Positions 1 through 12,947 of a DNA stretch of 64,000 nucleotides are shown in pieces; position 1 is the stretch's first letter; each line of letters opens with the position of its first letter. Source of the DNA: Escherichia coli (GTDB taxonomy: Bacteria; Pseudomonadota; Gammaproteobacteria; Enterobacterales; Enterobacteriaceae); assembly GCF_003790525.1 (NCBI RefSeq), contig NZ_CP033635.1; one strand, 5' to 3'. The notes below the pieces were generated by a model. That model was given only the letters and a program-made list of their open reading frames with translations, searched no databases and was not told where the DNA came from. Both the position numbers and the translations under genes were made by a program.

Positions 1-1010
1 ATTTTTTCACTGATGAACAACTTTCTCGCGCGGCGTGGATCTACGGCGAACGCGCCATTGCTGCGGCGCAAACAAAACTTCCGCCAGCGTTTGAACTGCC
101 AGGGGCAAAGCATATTTTGTTTCGTGGTCATTGCAGCGAAAGCGATGTACAACAACTGGCGGCTGAGTCCGGTGACGATCGCAGCGTGGTGATTGGCGTC
201 GGCGGCGGCGCACTGCTCGACACCGCGAAAGCCCTCGCCCGCCGTCTCGGTCTGCCGTTTGTTGCCGTTCCGACGATCGCCGCTACCTGCGCAGCCTGGA
301 CACCGCTCTCTGTCTGGTACAACGATGCCGGACAAGCGCTGCATTATGAGATTTTCGACGACGCCAATTTTATGGTGCTGGTGGAACCGGAGATTATCCT
401 CAACGCGCCGCAAGAATATCTGCTGGCGGGGATCGGTGACACGCTGGCGAAATGGTATGAAGCGGTGGTGCTGGCCCCGCAACCAGAAACGTTGCCGTTA
501 ACCGTGCGGCTGGGGATTAATAACGCGCAGGCCATTCGCGACGTCTTGTTAAACAGTAGCGAACAGGCGCTTGCCGATCAGCAAAATCACCAGTTAACGC
601 AATCATTTTGCGATGTGGTGGATGCCATTATTGCTGGTGGTGGGATGGTTGGTGGTCTGGGCGATCGTTTTACGCGTGTGGCGGCAGCTCATGCCGTGCA
701 TAACGGTCTGACCGTGCTGCCGCAAACCGAGAAGTTTCTCCACGGCACCAAAGTCGCCTACGGAATTCTGGTGCAAAGCGCCTTGCTGGGTCAGGATGAT
801 GTGCTGGCGCAATTAACTGGAGCGTATCAGCGTTTTCATCTGCCGACTACGCTGGCGGAGCTGGAAGTGGATATCAATAATCAGGCGGAGATCGACAAAG
901 TGATTGCCCACACCTTACGTCCGGTGGAATCCATTCATTACCTGCCGGTCACGCTGACACCAGATACGTTGCGTGCAGCGTTCGAAAAAGTGGAATCGTT
1001 TAAAGCCTGA
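1..1010 (+). CDS. ybdH: Hydroxycarboxylate dehydrogenase YbdH (iron-containing alcohol/glycerol dehydrogenase family), 5' partial
   Basis: Frame open from the window start (codons from position 3) to the stop at 1008-1010. The listed ORF 117..1010 matches remembered YbdH sequence, and the GGGALLDTAKA motif is typical of the family. Confidence 0.85.
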   Translation, partial: FFTDEQLSRAAWIYGERAIAAAQTKLPPAFELPGAKHILFRGHCSESDVQQLAAESGDDRSVVIGVGGGALLDTAKALARRLGLPFVAVPTIAATCAAWTPLSVWYNDAGQALHYEIFDDANFMVLVEPEIILNAPQEYLLAGIGDTLAKWYEAVVLAPQPETLPLTVRLGINNAQAIRDVLLNSSEQALADQQNHQLTQSFCDVVDAIIAGGGMVGGLGDRFTRVAAAHAVHNGLTVLPQTEKFLHGTKVAYGILVQSALLGQDDVLAQLTGAYQRFHLPTTLAELEVDINNQAEIDKVIAHTLRPVESIHYLPVTLTPDTLRAAFEKVESFKA

Positions 1011-1019
1011 CGTACATAT

Positions 1020-1217
1020 TTAGCAGCAGCGCGCGCCGCCTTTTCCACCGTAGCGCGCGTCCTGCCGCTCACGGAAAAACTCTTCGTAGGTCATCGGCGT
1101 TTGATCGGGATGGTTAACCCGCATATGTTCGACATAGTTGTCGTAATCAGGCATACCAATCATCAGTTTCGCCGCCTGACCTAAATATTTTCCGGCTTTT
1201 GCCAGTGAATCAAACAT
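1020..1217 (-). CDS. ybdD: Small DUF466 protein YbdD, co-transcribed partner of CstA
   Basis: 65-aa ORF immediately downstream of cstA on the same strand; translation matches remembered YbdD. Confidence 0.85.
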   Translation of the reverse strand: MFDSLAKAGKYLGQAAKLMIGMPDYDNYVEHMRVNHPDQTPMTYEEFFRERQDARYGGKGGARCC

Positions 1218-1329
1218 CTAAACCTCCGGTAATACAAATGCCCTCCTGAATTAAGAGGGCTTAATTGCTATCAACACGCTCGGGATGAGAGTAAGGGGAA
1301 CGCTCAGCACATTCCCCCTCACTCTGACT

Positions 1330-3435
1330 TTAGTGCGCGCCTTTCGCCTGCGCCACGATCTCCTCGACATTTTCCGGCATCGGCTCATACGGCGTTTCTT
1401 TCGCCGTTGGCTTCGGCTCTTTCAATGCCGCCAGTGCCGTCTTAATCGAGAACAGTGCCAGAACCACCACGACCACCATAAAGAAGATGGTTAACCCGGC
1501 ATCCAGACGGTTGTTGAACACCAGTTGCGCCAGCTGTGACTCGGTATACTGCGACGGAATATTGCCGCTGTCGATCATTGCCTGGAACTTGTTAGCAATC
1601 GCCAGGAAGCCGACTTTTGCATCCAGGCTAAACGCTTTCTGCCAGCCTGCGGTCAGGGTACAAATCAGCAGCCAGGCCGTTGGTACCAGCGCCACCCAGG
1701 CGTAACGTTGACGTTTCATTTTGAACAGCACCACAGCACAGAGCATCAGCGCCATCCCTGCCAGCATCTGGTTGGCAATACCAAACAGCGGCCACAGAGT
1801 GTTAATACCGCCCAGCGGATCGACCACGCCCTGATGGAGGAAGTAGCCCCACGCCAGCACGCACAGCGCCGTTGCCAGCAGGTTAGCAGGCAGTGAATCG
1901 GTCCGTTTCAGGCCCGGAGACACCACGCCCAGCAGATCCTGCAACATAAAGCGCGCAGCACGCGTACCTGCATCCACCGCCGTCAGAATAAACAGTGCTT
2001 CAAACAGAATGGCGAAGTGATACCAGAACGCCACATCCATCATGCCGCCCAGCGCACCGTGCAGAATGTAGGCCATCCCCACCGCCAGGGTCGGCGCACC
2101 GCCCGCACGGGAAATGATCGACTGTTCCCCCACTTCGCTGGCAATCTGATTTAGCGTATCCGGGGTAATCGCAAAGCCCCAGCTACTCACCACCTGCGCG
2201 GCAGAAGCGACTACATCCGCCGTCCCTGCCGGAGCCAGCACTGCCATCGGGCTGTTCATAGCGAAGTACACACCTGGATCGATGATACAGGCGGAAACCA
2301 GCGCCATAATCGCCACGAAGGATTCCATCAACATCCCACCGTAGCCGATAAAGCACGCCTGCCCTTCGTTCGCCAGCATCTTCGGTGTGGTGCCGGAAGA
2401 GATCAGCGCATGGAAGCCAGACACCGCGCCACAGGCGATGGTGATAAACAGGAACGGGAACAGGTTACCGGTCCATACCGGGCCAGTGCCATCGACAAAT
2501 TTAGTTAGCGCAGGCATGGTCAGCGTCGGGCGCATAATCAGAATGCCTACCGCCAGACCGACGATAGTCCCGATTTTCAGGAAGGTTGAGAGGTAGTCAC
2601 GCGGGGCCAGCAGCAACCACACCGGCAGCACCGCCGCCACGAAGCCGTAACCCACCAGCATCCAGGTCAGCTGCACGCCGGTAAAGTCAAAGTACGGTGC
2701 CCAGGTCGGGCTTTCTGCCACCCAGCCGCCAGAGATAATGGCGAAAATCAGGAATACCAGGCCAATCACCGACACTTCCCCAATACGCCCCGGACGCAAA
2801 TAGCGCAGGTAGATCCCCATAAACAGCGCCAGCGGAATGGTGAACGCAACGGTATACGTTCCCCACGGGCTATGAGTCAGGGCTTTCACCACGATCATCG
2901 CCAGCACGGCAAGGATAATGACCATGATCATAAAGCAGGCCACCAGCGCTATCACCCCGGCGGTTGGCCCCATCTCTTCTTTGACCAGCTCACCCAGCGA
3001 GCGACCGTCACGGCGCGTAGAAACAAACAGCACCATGAAATCCTGCACCGCACCGGCGAGAACCACCCCGGCGAGCAGCCAGATCATCCCTGGCAGGTAA
3101 CCCATTTGCGCCGCCAGTACCGGCCCCACCAGCGGGCCAGCTCCGGCAATGGCCGCAAAATGGTGACCGAACAGCACTTTCTTGTCCGTCGGCACATAGT
3201 CCAGCCCGTCGTTATGGCGCACCGCTGGCGTCATACGCGTCGGATCAACCGCCAATACATTTTTGGCGATATAAAGACCATAAAAACGGTAAGCGATCAG
3301 ATAGATACAGACCGACGCCACTACAATCCACAGCGCGTTGATCTGTTCCCCACGATTTAAAGCAATGTATCCCAGAGCAAATGCTCCCATTATAGAGAGC
3401 ACTGTCCAGACGAGGTATTTCCCTGATTTGTTCAT
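1330..3435 (-). CDS. cstA: Carbon starvation protein A (peptide/pyruvate transporter)
   Basis: 701-aa polytopic membrane protein ORF, ATG at 3435-3433; sequence recognised as CstA. Confidence 0.95.
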   Translation of the reverse strand: MNKSGKYLVWTVLSIMGAFALGYIALNRGEQINALWIVVASVCIYLIAYRFYGLYIAKNVLAVDPTRMTPAVRHNDGLDYVPTDKKVLFGHHFAAIAGAGPLVGPVLAAQMGYLPGMIWLLAGVVLAGAVQDFMVLFVSTRRDGRSLGELVKEEMGPTAGVIALVACFMIMVIILAVLAMIVVKALTHSPWGTYTVAFTIPLALFMGIYLRYLRPGRIGEVSVIGLVFLIFAIISGGWVAESPTWAPYFDFTGVQLTWMLVGYGFVAAVLPVWLLLAPRDYLSTFLKIGTIVGLAVGILIMRPTLTMPALTKFVDGTGPVWTGNLFPFLFITIACGAVSGFHALISSGTTPKMLANEGQACFIGYGGMLMESFVAIMALVSACIIDPGVYFAMNSPMAVLAPAGTADVVASAAQVVSSWGFAITPDTLNQIASEVGEQSIISRAGGAPTLAVGMAYILHGALGGMMDVAFWYHFAILFEALFILTAVDAGTRAARFMLQDLLGVVSPGLKRTDSLPANLLATALCVLAWGYFLHQGVVDPLGGINTLWPLFGIANQMLAGMALMLCAVVLFKMKRQRYAWVALVPTAWLLICTLTAGWQKAFSLDAKVGFLAIANKFQAMIDSGNIPSQYTESQLAQLVFNNRLDAGLTIFFMVVVVVLALFSIKTALAALKEPKPTAKETPYEPMPENVEEIVAQAKGAH

Positions 3436-3615
3436 AGTTGTTATCCGTGTGCGTGTCCATAGAGATGTTACATTTTGTTTCTATAACATCTTTGTACAAT
3501 TTAACAACACAGCAACCATATAAATCAGAGTTAAAACCAATATTTAACTTAACAACGTTAACTCGATCACTCCGTTAACCGAATTTTCCTGCAATCTCAT
3601 TTTATTCTGTCGGGT

Positions 3616-4777
<1,162 letters not shown>

Positions 4778-4778
<1 letters not shown>

Positions 4779-5635
4779 TATTTCACCTCGCGGGAAAGTA
4801 GCTTCCACCAGGCGTCGATGGTCGGGTTTTTCGCCAGCATGACAAAGTCGATATCGCCATGCACTTTGCGCCAGCGCGCCGCCAGCGCCATCATCCGCAC
4901 CGAATCCAGACCGTAGTCGATCAGGTTGTCGTCATCGAACGGTTCATCGGACTCGTCCAGCAACGGCAGGATCACCTCACGCAGCGCCGCTTTGCTGGCG
5001 GGGATAGGTGCTGGCAGCAATTCTTCGGTCATCACCACCCGACCAGAACGTCCGGCCACATATTTCAGCGACATCAAATGCTCGTCACGGCTGAAATCGG
5101 CCAGCGCATCCGCCACCATAAACGGTTTAATATCGCGCATAAATGCGTCCGTTGCGGTGGTCATACAGCCAATGTGGGCATATACCCCGGTAATAATCAG
5201 CTGGTTACGTCCACTCTCTTTCAGCATTTGCTCCAGCGGGGAACGATGAAACGCGCTGTAGCGCCACTTCACCAACACCGTGTCGTCAGCATCTGGCGTC
5301 AGGCGATCCACCACCTTTTGCTGTTCCGGCGAACGGGTCAGGCCTGGCCCCCACATATCATTCAACAGCGCCCGATCTTCATCGCTCTGCTCTTTCGGCT
5401 GGGCGGTGTAATAAACCGGGATATTGTGCTGTTTGCAGTAGTCGCGTAGTGCCGCAATATTCGCGATCACCTGCTCCATCATCGGGCAGTTCTCACCCCA
5501 GAAGCTGACAAAATAGTCCTGCATATCATGGATTAACAACGCGGCACGTTGCGGTTCAAAGGCCCAGTCGACTTTATTCTGCGGAATATCGTGAGAATCC
5601 GGCAGTGCGTAAGCCTGTAATTTTGGAATAGCCAT
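4778..5635 (-). CDS. entB: Isochorismatase / aryl carrier protein
   Basis: 285-aa ORF; matches remembered EntB. Confidence 0.95.
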
Positions 5636-5648
5636 CGTGTTCTCTCCT

Positions 5649-7259
5649 TCAGGCTGATGTGCGTGACGCCAGCCACTGACGTAATTGTTTTTTATCGACT
5701 TTCCCGACCGCCGTCAGCGGAAGTGAATCCACACACTCCACGCGATCCGGTAATTTAAATTCGGCAATACCCTGTTCACGCAGGAAACGACGCACCTGCA
5801 CCGCGCGCAGCGGCTCTTTTACCACCAGATAAGCACAGCTTTTTTCGCCCATCAGCTCATCTTCCATGCTCACCAGTGCGGCGTAGATCACCGCCGGGTG
5901 GCGCAGCAGCAGGTTTTCGATCTCTTCGGCAGCGATCTTCTCGCCGCCACGGTTGATCTGATCTTTCTCGCGCCCCTGCACGGTGATGTAACCCTCTGGA
6001 TCAATAGAGATCAGATCGCCGGAACAGTAAAAACCGTTGGCATCAAAGGCGCTGGCATTGTGCTGCGGGCTTTTGTAATAGCCACGGAAGGTGTACGGCC
6101 CGCGCGTCATCAGGCGTCCAACTTCCCCTTGCGGCAGTGGATTTCCTTCGGCATCGGCAACCCATACTTCATCGTCCGGGCACATTGGGTAACCCTGGGT
6201 ATGGATAATTTTCTCCGCACTATCATCAAGACGGGTGTAGTTCACCAGCCCTTCCGCCATGCCAAACACCTGCTGCAACTGGCAGCCAATCTCAGCGGGA
6301 ATACGCGCCGCAAGCGTGGCAGAAAGACGTGCGCCGCCGACCTGTAACAGTTTCAGCGAGGCAAGCTGCGCCCGGCTTTCGCCTTCAGCCAGTGCCTGCA
6401 ACCACAGGCTGACTGCTGGCGGCACCAGCGCGGTGACGTTCACCTGATGTTTTTCAATCAATGGGAAGCAAAGCGTGGCGCTGGGGTCGGCAGCCAGAAC
6501 GACAGTGCCGCCAGCGAGAAAGACGCCCAGCGATCCCGGTGAACTCATGGCGTAGTTATGAGCCGCCGGGATCGCGCACAGGTAGCGCGTCTGTTGTGTG
6601 AACTGACAAATCTCGACGCTACGACGCACGCTGTAGTAGTAGTCGTTATGAGTGCGCGGGATCAGTTTCGGAGTGCCGGTGGTGCCGCCGGAAAGCTGGA
6701 AATAGGCCACTTCATCAGCAGGAGATGGCGTGGCAGTAAAATCCTCAGCCGGATGGTTAATCGCATCCTGCAAGTTATGCTCACCGCTGTCGTTGAGCAG
6801 CTGCACCACGCGAATGGAAGAATGCTCTGCAACAAATGTGTTGAGGAAATCATCTCCGCTAAACAGCGCATGCTGGCGATCGGCAATCAGTAACGCCGGT
6901 TCAATCTGGCTGGCGTAGGCGTTCAGTTCACTACGCTGATGGCTGAACAGTGCCAGCACCGGCGCAACGCCCAGTTTCAGCAGCGCGAAAAAGGTAATGT
7001 AAAGTTCAGCGACGTTACCCAGCTGTACCAGCGCGGTTTCACCAGGTTTAATGCCCTGACGGCGCAAACTACACGCGAGGTTATCCGCCGCCTGATTCAG
7101 CTCCCGATAACTCAACTGCCGCTCGCCGTCGATAACCGCGATGCTGTCGCTTGCGGCATGACGGGTCAGAATGTCGGTCAGCGGCAAATCCTGCCAGTAG
7201 CCTTTTTCCCGATAGCGACGGGCAAACTCTTCCGGCCAGCGGGTGAATGGAATGCTCAT
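5649..7259 (-). CDS. entE: 2,3-dihydroxybenzoate-AMP ligase (adenylation enzyme)
   Basis: Protein starts MSIPFTRW two codons inside the listed ORF (MRMSIPF); matches remembered EntE. Confidence 0.93.
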   Translation of the reverse strand: MSIPFTRWPEEFARRYREKGYWQDLPLTDILTRHAASDSIAVIDGERQLSYRELNQAADNLACSLRRQGIKPGETALVQLGNVAELYITFFALLKLGVAPVLALFSHQRSELNAYASQIEPALLIADRQHALFSGDDFLNTFVAEHSSIRVVQLLNDSGEHNLQDAINHPAEDFTATPSPADEVAYFQLSGGTTGTPKLIPRTHNDYYYSVRRSVEICQFTQQTRYLCAIPAAHNYAMSSPGSLGVFLAGGTVVLAADPSATLCFPLIEKHQVNVTALVPPAVSLWLQALAEGESRAQLASLKLLQVGGARLSATLAARIPAEIGCQLQQVFGMAEGLVNYTRLDDSAEKIIHTQGYPMCPDDEVWVADAEGNPLPQGEVGRLMTRGPYTFRGYYKSPQHNASAFDANGFYCSGDLISIDPEGYITVQGREKDQINRGGEKIAAEEIENLLLRHPAVIYAALVSMEDELMGEKSCAYLVVKEPLRAVQVRRFLREQGIAEFKLPDRVECVDSLPLTAVGKVDKKQLRQWLASRTSA

Positions 7260-7268
7260 CCTCACTCC

Positions 7269-8444
7269 TTAATGCAATCCAAAAACGTTCAACATGGTAG
7301 AAAGTTTGACGCCCGTTTCGCGCCACTCACCCAACGGTGACGACGCAGGCACAATCCCCGCTCCGGCAAACAGACGCACCTGATTTTCCCGCAGCTTCGC
7401 GCAGCGGATGGTCACAACCCATTCGCCGTTACCTTCGCTGTCACACCAACCCACAATGCCGCCAAACAGTTCGCGGTCGAACGGCTCCAGTTCAGCAATA
7501 ACCTGGGTCGCGGCCTGATGCGGGAAACCGCTCAGCGCGGGGGTCGGATGCAGCAGACAGGCCAGAGTCAGTGCGTTTTCTTGCGAATTCGCTTTACCTT
7601 CAAAGGGAGTTGCGAGATGCCACAGCGTCGGCGTGGTAATCAATTGTGGAGAGGAAGGAACGTTTAACTCACTGCTGCGTTCTCGCAGTACCTCTTTCAT
7701 CGCCTGAGTCACCAATTCATGTTCATGACGATCTTTTTCTGAGGCCAACAGACGATTACCCGCTTCGCGATCGAGCACTTCATCCGGCTGACGACGCGCG
7801 GAACCGGCTAACGGAATGGAGCTAAAACGCTCGCCGTCTTTACGTAGCAGCAGCTCCGGGCTGGCCCCCAGCAGAACGCCACCATCAGCCAGCGGGACAT
7901 GGAAGTTGTAACTAACCGGGTTTTGTGCAATCAACCGTTCCAGCAATACGCCACTATCAATGGCGGCGTCAGTGGTGATATCAATCAACCGTGACAACAC
8001 CACTTTGTCGACCTGCGGCGTGGCGGTAAGTGCGGCGGCGCGGGCAACCATCTGTTCAAACGTGGCTTGTTGCGGAATTGCCTGACGTTCCACCACGTTC
8101 AGCGACTGGCTGCGGGTGAAACGGCGTGCGGAAGCTTGTTTTTCCTGACGGGAGAACGACAGCCAGGATTCGGGAATATACAGCGACGAAGGCTGACGTG
8201 GATCGAAGGGAATCGCCCCGACCATCACCGGATTTTTGATGCCCTGCGCTTTGGCATCGGCAAACAACGCGGCGAGTTTTTGCTGGAAGGGACTGTCGGG
8301 CGAATCCCCGTTCACAGCCGGTTCATCGAAGCGGGCGAAACATCCTGACGTCGTAAAACTGCGGTACGGCGACATAAAGAAAAAGCGATTGGGCGCAAGT
8401 GTTGCCATGGTCTGCTGTACTTCCTCAGCCAGTGACGTATCCAT
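7269..8444 (-). CDS. entC: Isochorismate synthase
   Basis: Protein starts MDTSLAEE four codons inside the listed ORF; matches remembered EntC; first gene of the entCEBAH operon. Confidence 0.93.
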   Translation of the reverse strand: MDTSLAEEVQQTMATLAPNRFFFMSPYRSFTTSGCFARFDEPAVNGDSPDSPFQQKLAALFADAKAQGIKNPVMVGAIPFDPRQPSSLYIPESWLSFSRQEKQASARRFTRSQSLNVVERQAIPQQATFEQMVARAAALTATPQVDKVVLSRLIDITTDAAIDSGVLLERLIAQNPVSYNFHVPLADGGVLLGASPELLLRKDGERFSSIPLAGSARRQPDEVLDREAGNRLLASEKDRHEHELVTQAMKEVLRERSSELNVPSSPQLITTPTLWHLATPFEGKANSQENALTLACLLHPTPALSGFPHQAATQVIAELEPFDRELFGGIVGWCDSEGNGEWVVTIRCAKLRENQVRLFAGAGIVPASSPLGEWRETGVKLSTMLNVFGLH

Positions 8445-8471
8445 ATCATCCTCCACAAAATGATAAAGGCT

Positions 8472-8492
8472 TTAATAATGATTATCATTTAT
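8472..8492. promoter_or_regulatory. Fur box in the divergent entC / fepB promoter region
   Basis: Sequence TTAATAATGATTATCATTTAT closely matches the Fur consensus GATAATGATAATCATTATC and lies between divergent iron-regulated genes. Confidence 0.7.
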
Positions 8493-8632
8493 ATTTTCGG
8501 TCGCTAACCTAAAAGCAAACGCGCACTATGTCAACTCTTGAGGTAACGCAATCTGCAACTCGGGGTTGCATCTGTTTGTGATTACAATGAAAATGAGAAG
8601 CATTAACTCTATTAATAACAGGAAGCTAATTT

Positions 8633-9589
8633 GTGAGACTCGCCCCGCTCTACCGCAACGCCCTTCTATTAACAGGACTTTTGCTTTCAGGAATAGTCGC
8701 AGTTCAGGCCGCCGACTGGCCGCGTCAGATTACTGACAGCCGGGGCACTCATACCCTGGAAAGCCAGCCGCAGCGTATTGTTTCCACCAGCGTCACCCTG
8801 ACTGGCTCACTGCTGGCGATTGATGCTCCGGTGATCGCCAGCGGCGCGACCACGCCGAATAACCGCGTCGCGGATGACCAGGGCTTTTTACGCCAGTGGA
8901 GCAAGGTGGCGAAAGAACGCAAACTGCAACGGCTCTATATCGGCGAACCGAGTGCAGAAGCCGTTGCCGCGCAAATGCCGGATCTGATTTTAATTAGCGC
9001 AACCGGCGGGGATTCGGCGCTGGCGCTGTACGATCAGCTTTCTACCATCGCCCCAACATTAATCATCAATTACGACGACAAAAGCTGGCAGTCGCTGTTA
9101 ACGCAGCTTGGCGAAATTACCGGGCATGAGAAACAAGCGGCAGAGCGGATTGCACAGTTTGATAAGCAACTGGCGGCGGCGAAAGAGCAAATCAAATTAC
9201 CGCCGCAGCCGGTCACTGCCATTGTCTATACCGCCGCTGCACACAGTGCCAATCTCTGGACGCCGGAATCAGCACAAGGGCAGATGCTGGAACAACTCGG
9301 CTTTACGTTGGCGAAATTGCCCGCAGGGTTAAACGCCAGCCAAAGCCAGGGCAAACGCCATGACATCATTCAGCTTGGTGGAGAAAATCTGGCTGCAGGG
9401 TTAAATGGCGAGTCACTATTCCTGTTCGCTGGTGATCAGAAAGATGCCGATGCGATTTATGCCAATCCACTGCTCGCGCACCTGCCCGCAGTACAAAACA
9501 AGCAGGTTTATGCGCTGGGAACCGAGACGTTCCGCCTGGATTACTACAGCGCCATGCAAGTGCTGGAACGACTTAAGGCGCTGTTTTAA
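8633..9589 (+). CDS. fepB: Periplasmic ferric-enterobactin binding protein
   Basis: 318-aa ORF with a signal peptide and apparent GTG start; matches remembered FepB. Confidence 0.92.
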   Translation: MRLAPLYRNALLLTGLLLSGIVAVQAADWPRQITDSRGTHTLESQPQRIVSTSVTLTGSLLAIDAPVIASGATTPNNRVADDQGFLRQWSKVAKERKLQRLYIGEPSAEAVAAQMPDLILISATGGDSALALYDQLSTIAPTLIINYDDKSWQSLLTQLGEITGHEKQAAERIAQFDKQLAAAKEQIKLPPQPVTAIVYTAAAHSANLWTPESAQGQMLEQLGFTLAKLPAGLNASQSQGKRHDIIQLGGENLAAGLNGESLFLFAGDQKDADAIYANPLLAHLPAVQNKQVYALGTETFRLDYYSAMQVLERLKALF

Positions 9590-9592
9590 GCA

Positions 9593-10843
9593 TTAACTGT
9601 CGGACGCTGTCATCTGCGGCGGCGTCTGGCGAAAACGTCGCAACTCCACCAGCACCAGCAATAACAACACGCCGATAATCAACAAACCAAAACCGCTCGC
9701 GCTTGCGGAAGCAACCGGTGTCATCATCGCGCCCAAACCGCCCAGCAGCGCTGCGCCTATGGCATCGCCCGTCACGTTTTGCGCCGTCCACAAACCGTTA
9801 ATCCGCCCTAACATCGCTTCCGGGGTTTGCGTTTGCAGCATTGTATATTGCAGCAACGAACTAACCGCGCTCAACCAACCGAACAGCGCCAGGCAAACCA
9901 CGCCTAAAATCCACATCGGCATCAGGCCAAACAGACCAATGGCAAGGAACGATCCCAGCGTGGAGAGCAGCATCAATAACCCTGGTCGCGCACTATGTGC
10001 CAGCTTCCCGCTGGTTAACGCGCCAATAGCCGCGCCGAGCGGAATCGCCGCATAGAGAAAACCAATCTGTGCCGCCGACATCTGCCAGTTGTCAGCCAGC
10101 GCCGGATACAGGACCCGCACCGCGCTCGCCATCGTCAATAAACCACCCAGCAACGCAATCCCTCCCACCAGCGGGCTGGCGAGTAGAAAACGAAATCCTG
10201 CCAGTAATGATTTCAACGGATGCTCACGCGGCTGCGGCGGTGGTGGCAACGCCGGAAGGCTTAACAACGGTAGCAAGGTAATAAACGTGCCCGCCGCCGC
10301 CAGTCCGTAGTTCCAGGCTACGCCTCCGGTCGCCAGCAATAAACCGCCAATCATGGGCGAAATCACCGATCCCAGACGCACGGTCAACATGGTGATCGCC
10401 CCGGCCTGCATTAAGTTTTCACGCCCTACCAGTGCAGGTGTCGCCGCCAGTAGCGCCGTAACGCCAAGCGATGCGAAAAAACCATCCCATAAACCAAGTA
10501 AATATATTGCCAGCAATGACGGCTCCGGCAGCAGCGCGTTCAGGCACAGTCCAATGAAGCCAATGCCACAGGTGCCGCGCGCCAGCAAAATCACTTTTTT
10601 GCGCTCATAGCGATCCGCCAGCACACCGCCGACCATCAAACCGACAAACATCGCCCCGCCGGTCAGCGTCACCGAAAGCCCCACCTGCCAGGTAGAATGC
10701 GTCATCATCTGGATCTGCACCGGCACCGCGACGCCGAGCAAACCCAGAGAAACAATAGAGATAAAACGAGCGAGGAATACTGCGCGAAACGCCGGGTGCG
10801 TTTTCAACAGGCTGAGGTTAAGCAGCCAGGATTGTTTATTCAT
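9593..10843 (-). CDS. entS: Enterobactin exporter (MFS)
   Basis: 416-aa polytopic membrane protein; matches remembered EntS (YbdA); convergent with fepB. Confidence 0.93.
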   Translation of the reverse strand: MNKQSWLLNLSLLKTHPAFRAVFLARFISIVSLGLLGVAVPVQIQMMTHSTWQVGLSVTLTGGAMFVGLMVGGVLADRYERKKVILLARGTCGIGFIGLCLNALLPEPSLLAIYLLGLWDGFFASLGVTALLAATPALVGRENLMQAGAITMLTVRLGSVISPMIGGLLLATGGVAWNYGLAAAGTFITLLPLLSLPALPPPPQPREHPLKSLLAGFRFLLASPLVGGIALLGGLLTMASAVRVLYPALADNWQMSAAQIGFLYAAIPLGAAIGALTSGKLAHSARPGLLMLLSTLGSFLAIGLFGLMPMWILGVVCLALFGWLSAVSSLLQYTMLQTQTPEAMLGRINGLWTAQNVTGDAIGAALLGGLGAMMTPVASASASGFGLLIIGVLLLLVLVELRRFRQTPPQMTASDS

Positions 10844-10914
10844 TACAATGCCTTGCCATCAAATATTTTAAATACCTATTCTTAGGCTGCACATGCTAAC
10901 ATATCCAAATAAGA

Positions 10915-10941
10915 TCGATAACGATAATTAATTTCATTATC
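10915..10941. promoter_or_regulatory. Fur box in the divergent entS / fepD promoter region
   Basis: GATAACGATAATTAATTTCATTATC directly upstream of the fepD start; Fur-consensus-like hexamer repeats. Confidence 0.6.
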
Positions 10942-10953
10942 ATGGAAGTTCGT

Positions 10954-11958
10954 ATGTCTGGTTCTGTTGCCGTGACACGCGCCATTGCCGTGCCCGGATT
11001 GCTGTTATTACTGATTATCGCGACGGCATTAAGCCTGCTCATTGGAGCAAAATCACTCCCCGCTTCCGTAGTGCTGGAGGCCCTCTCCGGCACCTGCCAG
11101 AGCGCCGACTGCACCATCGTGCTCGACGCACGACTGCCGCGCACCCTTGCCGGTTTACTGGCAGGCGGTGCGCTTGGCCTTGCCGGGGCGTTAATGCAAA
11201 CCCTCACCCGAAACCCACTTGCCGATCCTGGTTTGCTTGGCGTGAACGCCGGTGCCAGTTTTGCCATTGTGCTGGGTGCGGCGCTGTTTGGTTACTCTTC
11301 CGCACAGGAACAACTGGCGATGGCCTTCGCCGGGGCGCTGGTGGCCTCGTTGATTGTTGCCTTTACCGGCAGCCAGGGCGGCGGGCAGTTAAGTCCGGTG
11401 CGTTTAACCCTGGCGGGCGTGGCGCTGGCGGCGGTGCTGGAAGGGCTGACCAGCGGCATCGCCCTGCTTAATCCTGACGTCTACGATCAACTGCGTTTCT
11501 GGCAAGCCGGTTCACTGGATATTCGTAATTTACACACCTTAAAAGTGGTGCTGATCCCGGTGCTGATCGCCGGAGCAACTGCGTTATTACTGAGCCGTGC
11601 ACTGAACAGTTTGAGCCTTGGCAGTGACACCGCGACGGCGCTGGGCAGCCGCGTGGCGCGCACACAGTTGATTGGTCTGCTGGCGATTACCGTGCTTTGT
11701 GGTAGTGCGACGGCGGTAGTTGGCCCGATTGCCTTTATTGGCCTGATGATGCCGCATATGGCGCGCTGGCTGGTAGGTGCCGATCATCGCTGGTCGCTGC
11801 CCGTCACGCTACTTGCCACCCCTGCCCTGCTGCTGTTTGCCGATATCATCGGGCGGGTGATTGTGCCCGGCGAGTTACGCGTTTCTGTGGTCAGTGCGTT
11901 TATTGGCGCACCGGTGCTGATCTTCCTCGTGCGACGTAAAACGCGAGGTGGCGCATGA
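10954..11958 (+). CDS. fepD: Ferric-enterobactin ABC transporter permease
   Basis: FecCD-family permease. Start taken at MSGSVAV (334 aa) as I recall the K-12 annotation; an in-frame ATG at 10942 (MEVRMSG) is the alternative. Confidence 0.9.
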   Translation: MSGSVAVTRAIAVPGLLLLLIIATALSLLIGAKSLPASVVLEALSGTCQSADCTIVLDARLPRTLAGLLAGGALGLAGALMQTLTRNPLADPGLLGVNAGASFAIVLGAALFGYSSAQEQLAMAFAGALVASLIVAFTGSQGGGQLSPVRLTLAGVALAAVLEGLTSGIALLNPDVYDQLRFWQAGSLDIRNLHTLKVVLIPVLIAGATALLLSRALNSLSLGSDTATALGSRVARTQLIGLLAITVLCGSATAVVGPIAFIGLMMPHMARWLVGADHRWSLPVTLLATPALLLFADIIGRVIVPGELRVSVVSAFIGAPVLIFLVRRKTRGGA

Positions 11959-12947
11959 TTTACGTCTCTCGCCGATTAATCATCACCTGTTTGCTGCTAA
12001 TTACCGCCTGTGTGGTTGCAGGTATCTGGGGATTACGCAGCGGTACCGTCACGCTGGAAACCTCGCAGGTATTCGCCGCGCTGATGGGCGATGCGCCGCG
12101 CAGTATGACGATGGTGGTCACTGAATGGCGTTTACCACGCGTGCTGATGGCGCTGTTAATTGGCGCGGCTCTGGGCGTCAGCGGCGCGATTTTTCAGTCG
12201 CTGATGCGTAACCCGCTCGGTAGCCCTGACGTAATGGGCTTTAACACCGGGGCGTGGAGCGGCGTGCTGGTGGCGATGGTGCTGTTTGGTCAGGACCTGA
12301 CGGCTATCGCGCTGGCAGCAATAGCGGGCGGCATTGTCACCTCGCTGCTGGTCTGGCTGCTTGCCTGGCGTAACGGTATCGACACCTTTCGGTTGATTAT
12401 TATTGGTATCGGCGTTCGCGCCATGCTGGTGGCCTTTAATACCTGGCTGTTGCTGAAAGCGTCTTTAGAAACGGCGCTAACAGCGGGTTTATGGAATGCC
12501 GGATCGCTCAACGGCCTGACGTGGGCAAAAACCTCGCCTTCCGCACCCATCATTATATTGATGCTAATTGCCGCCGCCTTACTGGTACGCCGGATGCGCT
12601 TGCTGGAAATGGGCGATGATACCGCGTGTGCGCTGGGCGTCAGCGTCGAACGTTCGCGGCTGTTAATGATGCTGGTCGCCGTAGTGCTTACCGCAGCTGC
12701 CACTGCCCTGGCGGGGCCGATTTCCTTTATTGCTTTAGTCGCGCCACACATTGCCCGCCGCATTAGCGGCACCGCTCGCTGGGGGCTGACCCAGGCGGCG
12801 CTGTGCGGGGCGTTGTTATTACTGGCGGCCGATCTCTGCGCCCAACAACTGTTTATGCCGTATCAACTTCCGGTTGGCGTCGTTACCGTCAGCCTCGGCG
12901 GTATTTACCTTATCGTCTTGTTAATTCAGGAGTCTCGCAAAAAATGA
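11955..12947 (+). CDS. fepG: Ferric-enterobactin ABC transporter permease
   Basis: 330-aa ORF; its ATG overlaps the fepD stop (ATGA). Confidence 0.93.
   Translation: MIYVSRRLIITCLLLITACVVAGIWGLRSGTVTLETSQVFAALMGDAPRSMTMVVTEWRLPRVLMALLIGAALGVSGAIFQSLMRNPLGSPDVMGFNTGAWSGVLVAMVLFGQDLTAIALAAIAGGIVTSLLVWLLAWRNGIDTFRLIIIGIGVRAMLVAFNTWLLLKASLETALTAGLWNAGSLNGLTWAKTSPSAPIIILMLIAAALLVRRMRLLEMGDDTACALGVSVERSRLLMMLVAVVLTAAATALAGPISFIALVAPHIARRISGTARWGLTQAALCGALLLLAADLCAQQLFMPYQLPVGVVTVSLGGIYLIVLLIQESRKK

Noticed and set aside
3436-3615. CRP-binding site upstream of cstA
   Set aside because: cstA is known to be cAMP-CRP dependent, but I could not pick out a convincing TGTGA-N6-TCACA match by eye, so no feature is reported.
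12803-12943. Long N-terminal extensions in the automatic ORF list, for example fepC from 12803, entF from 19123, fepA from 20588, entD from 22913, sfmF from 48554, sfmC from 52845, ybcF from 61408 and ylbF from 62199
   Set aside because: These are longest-frame artefacts. The extensions overlap the preceding gene or a REP element, lack a ribosome-binding context, and the proteins match known sequences only from the internal start.
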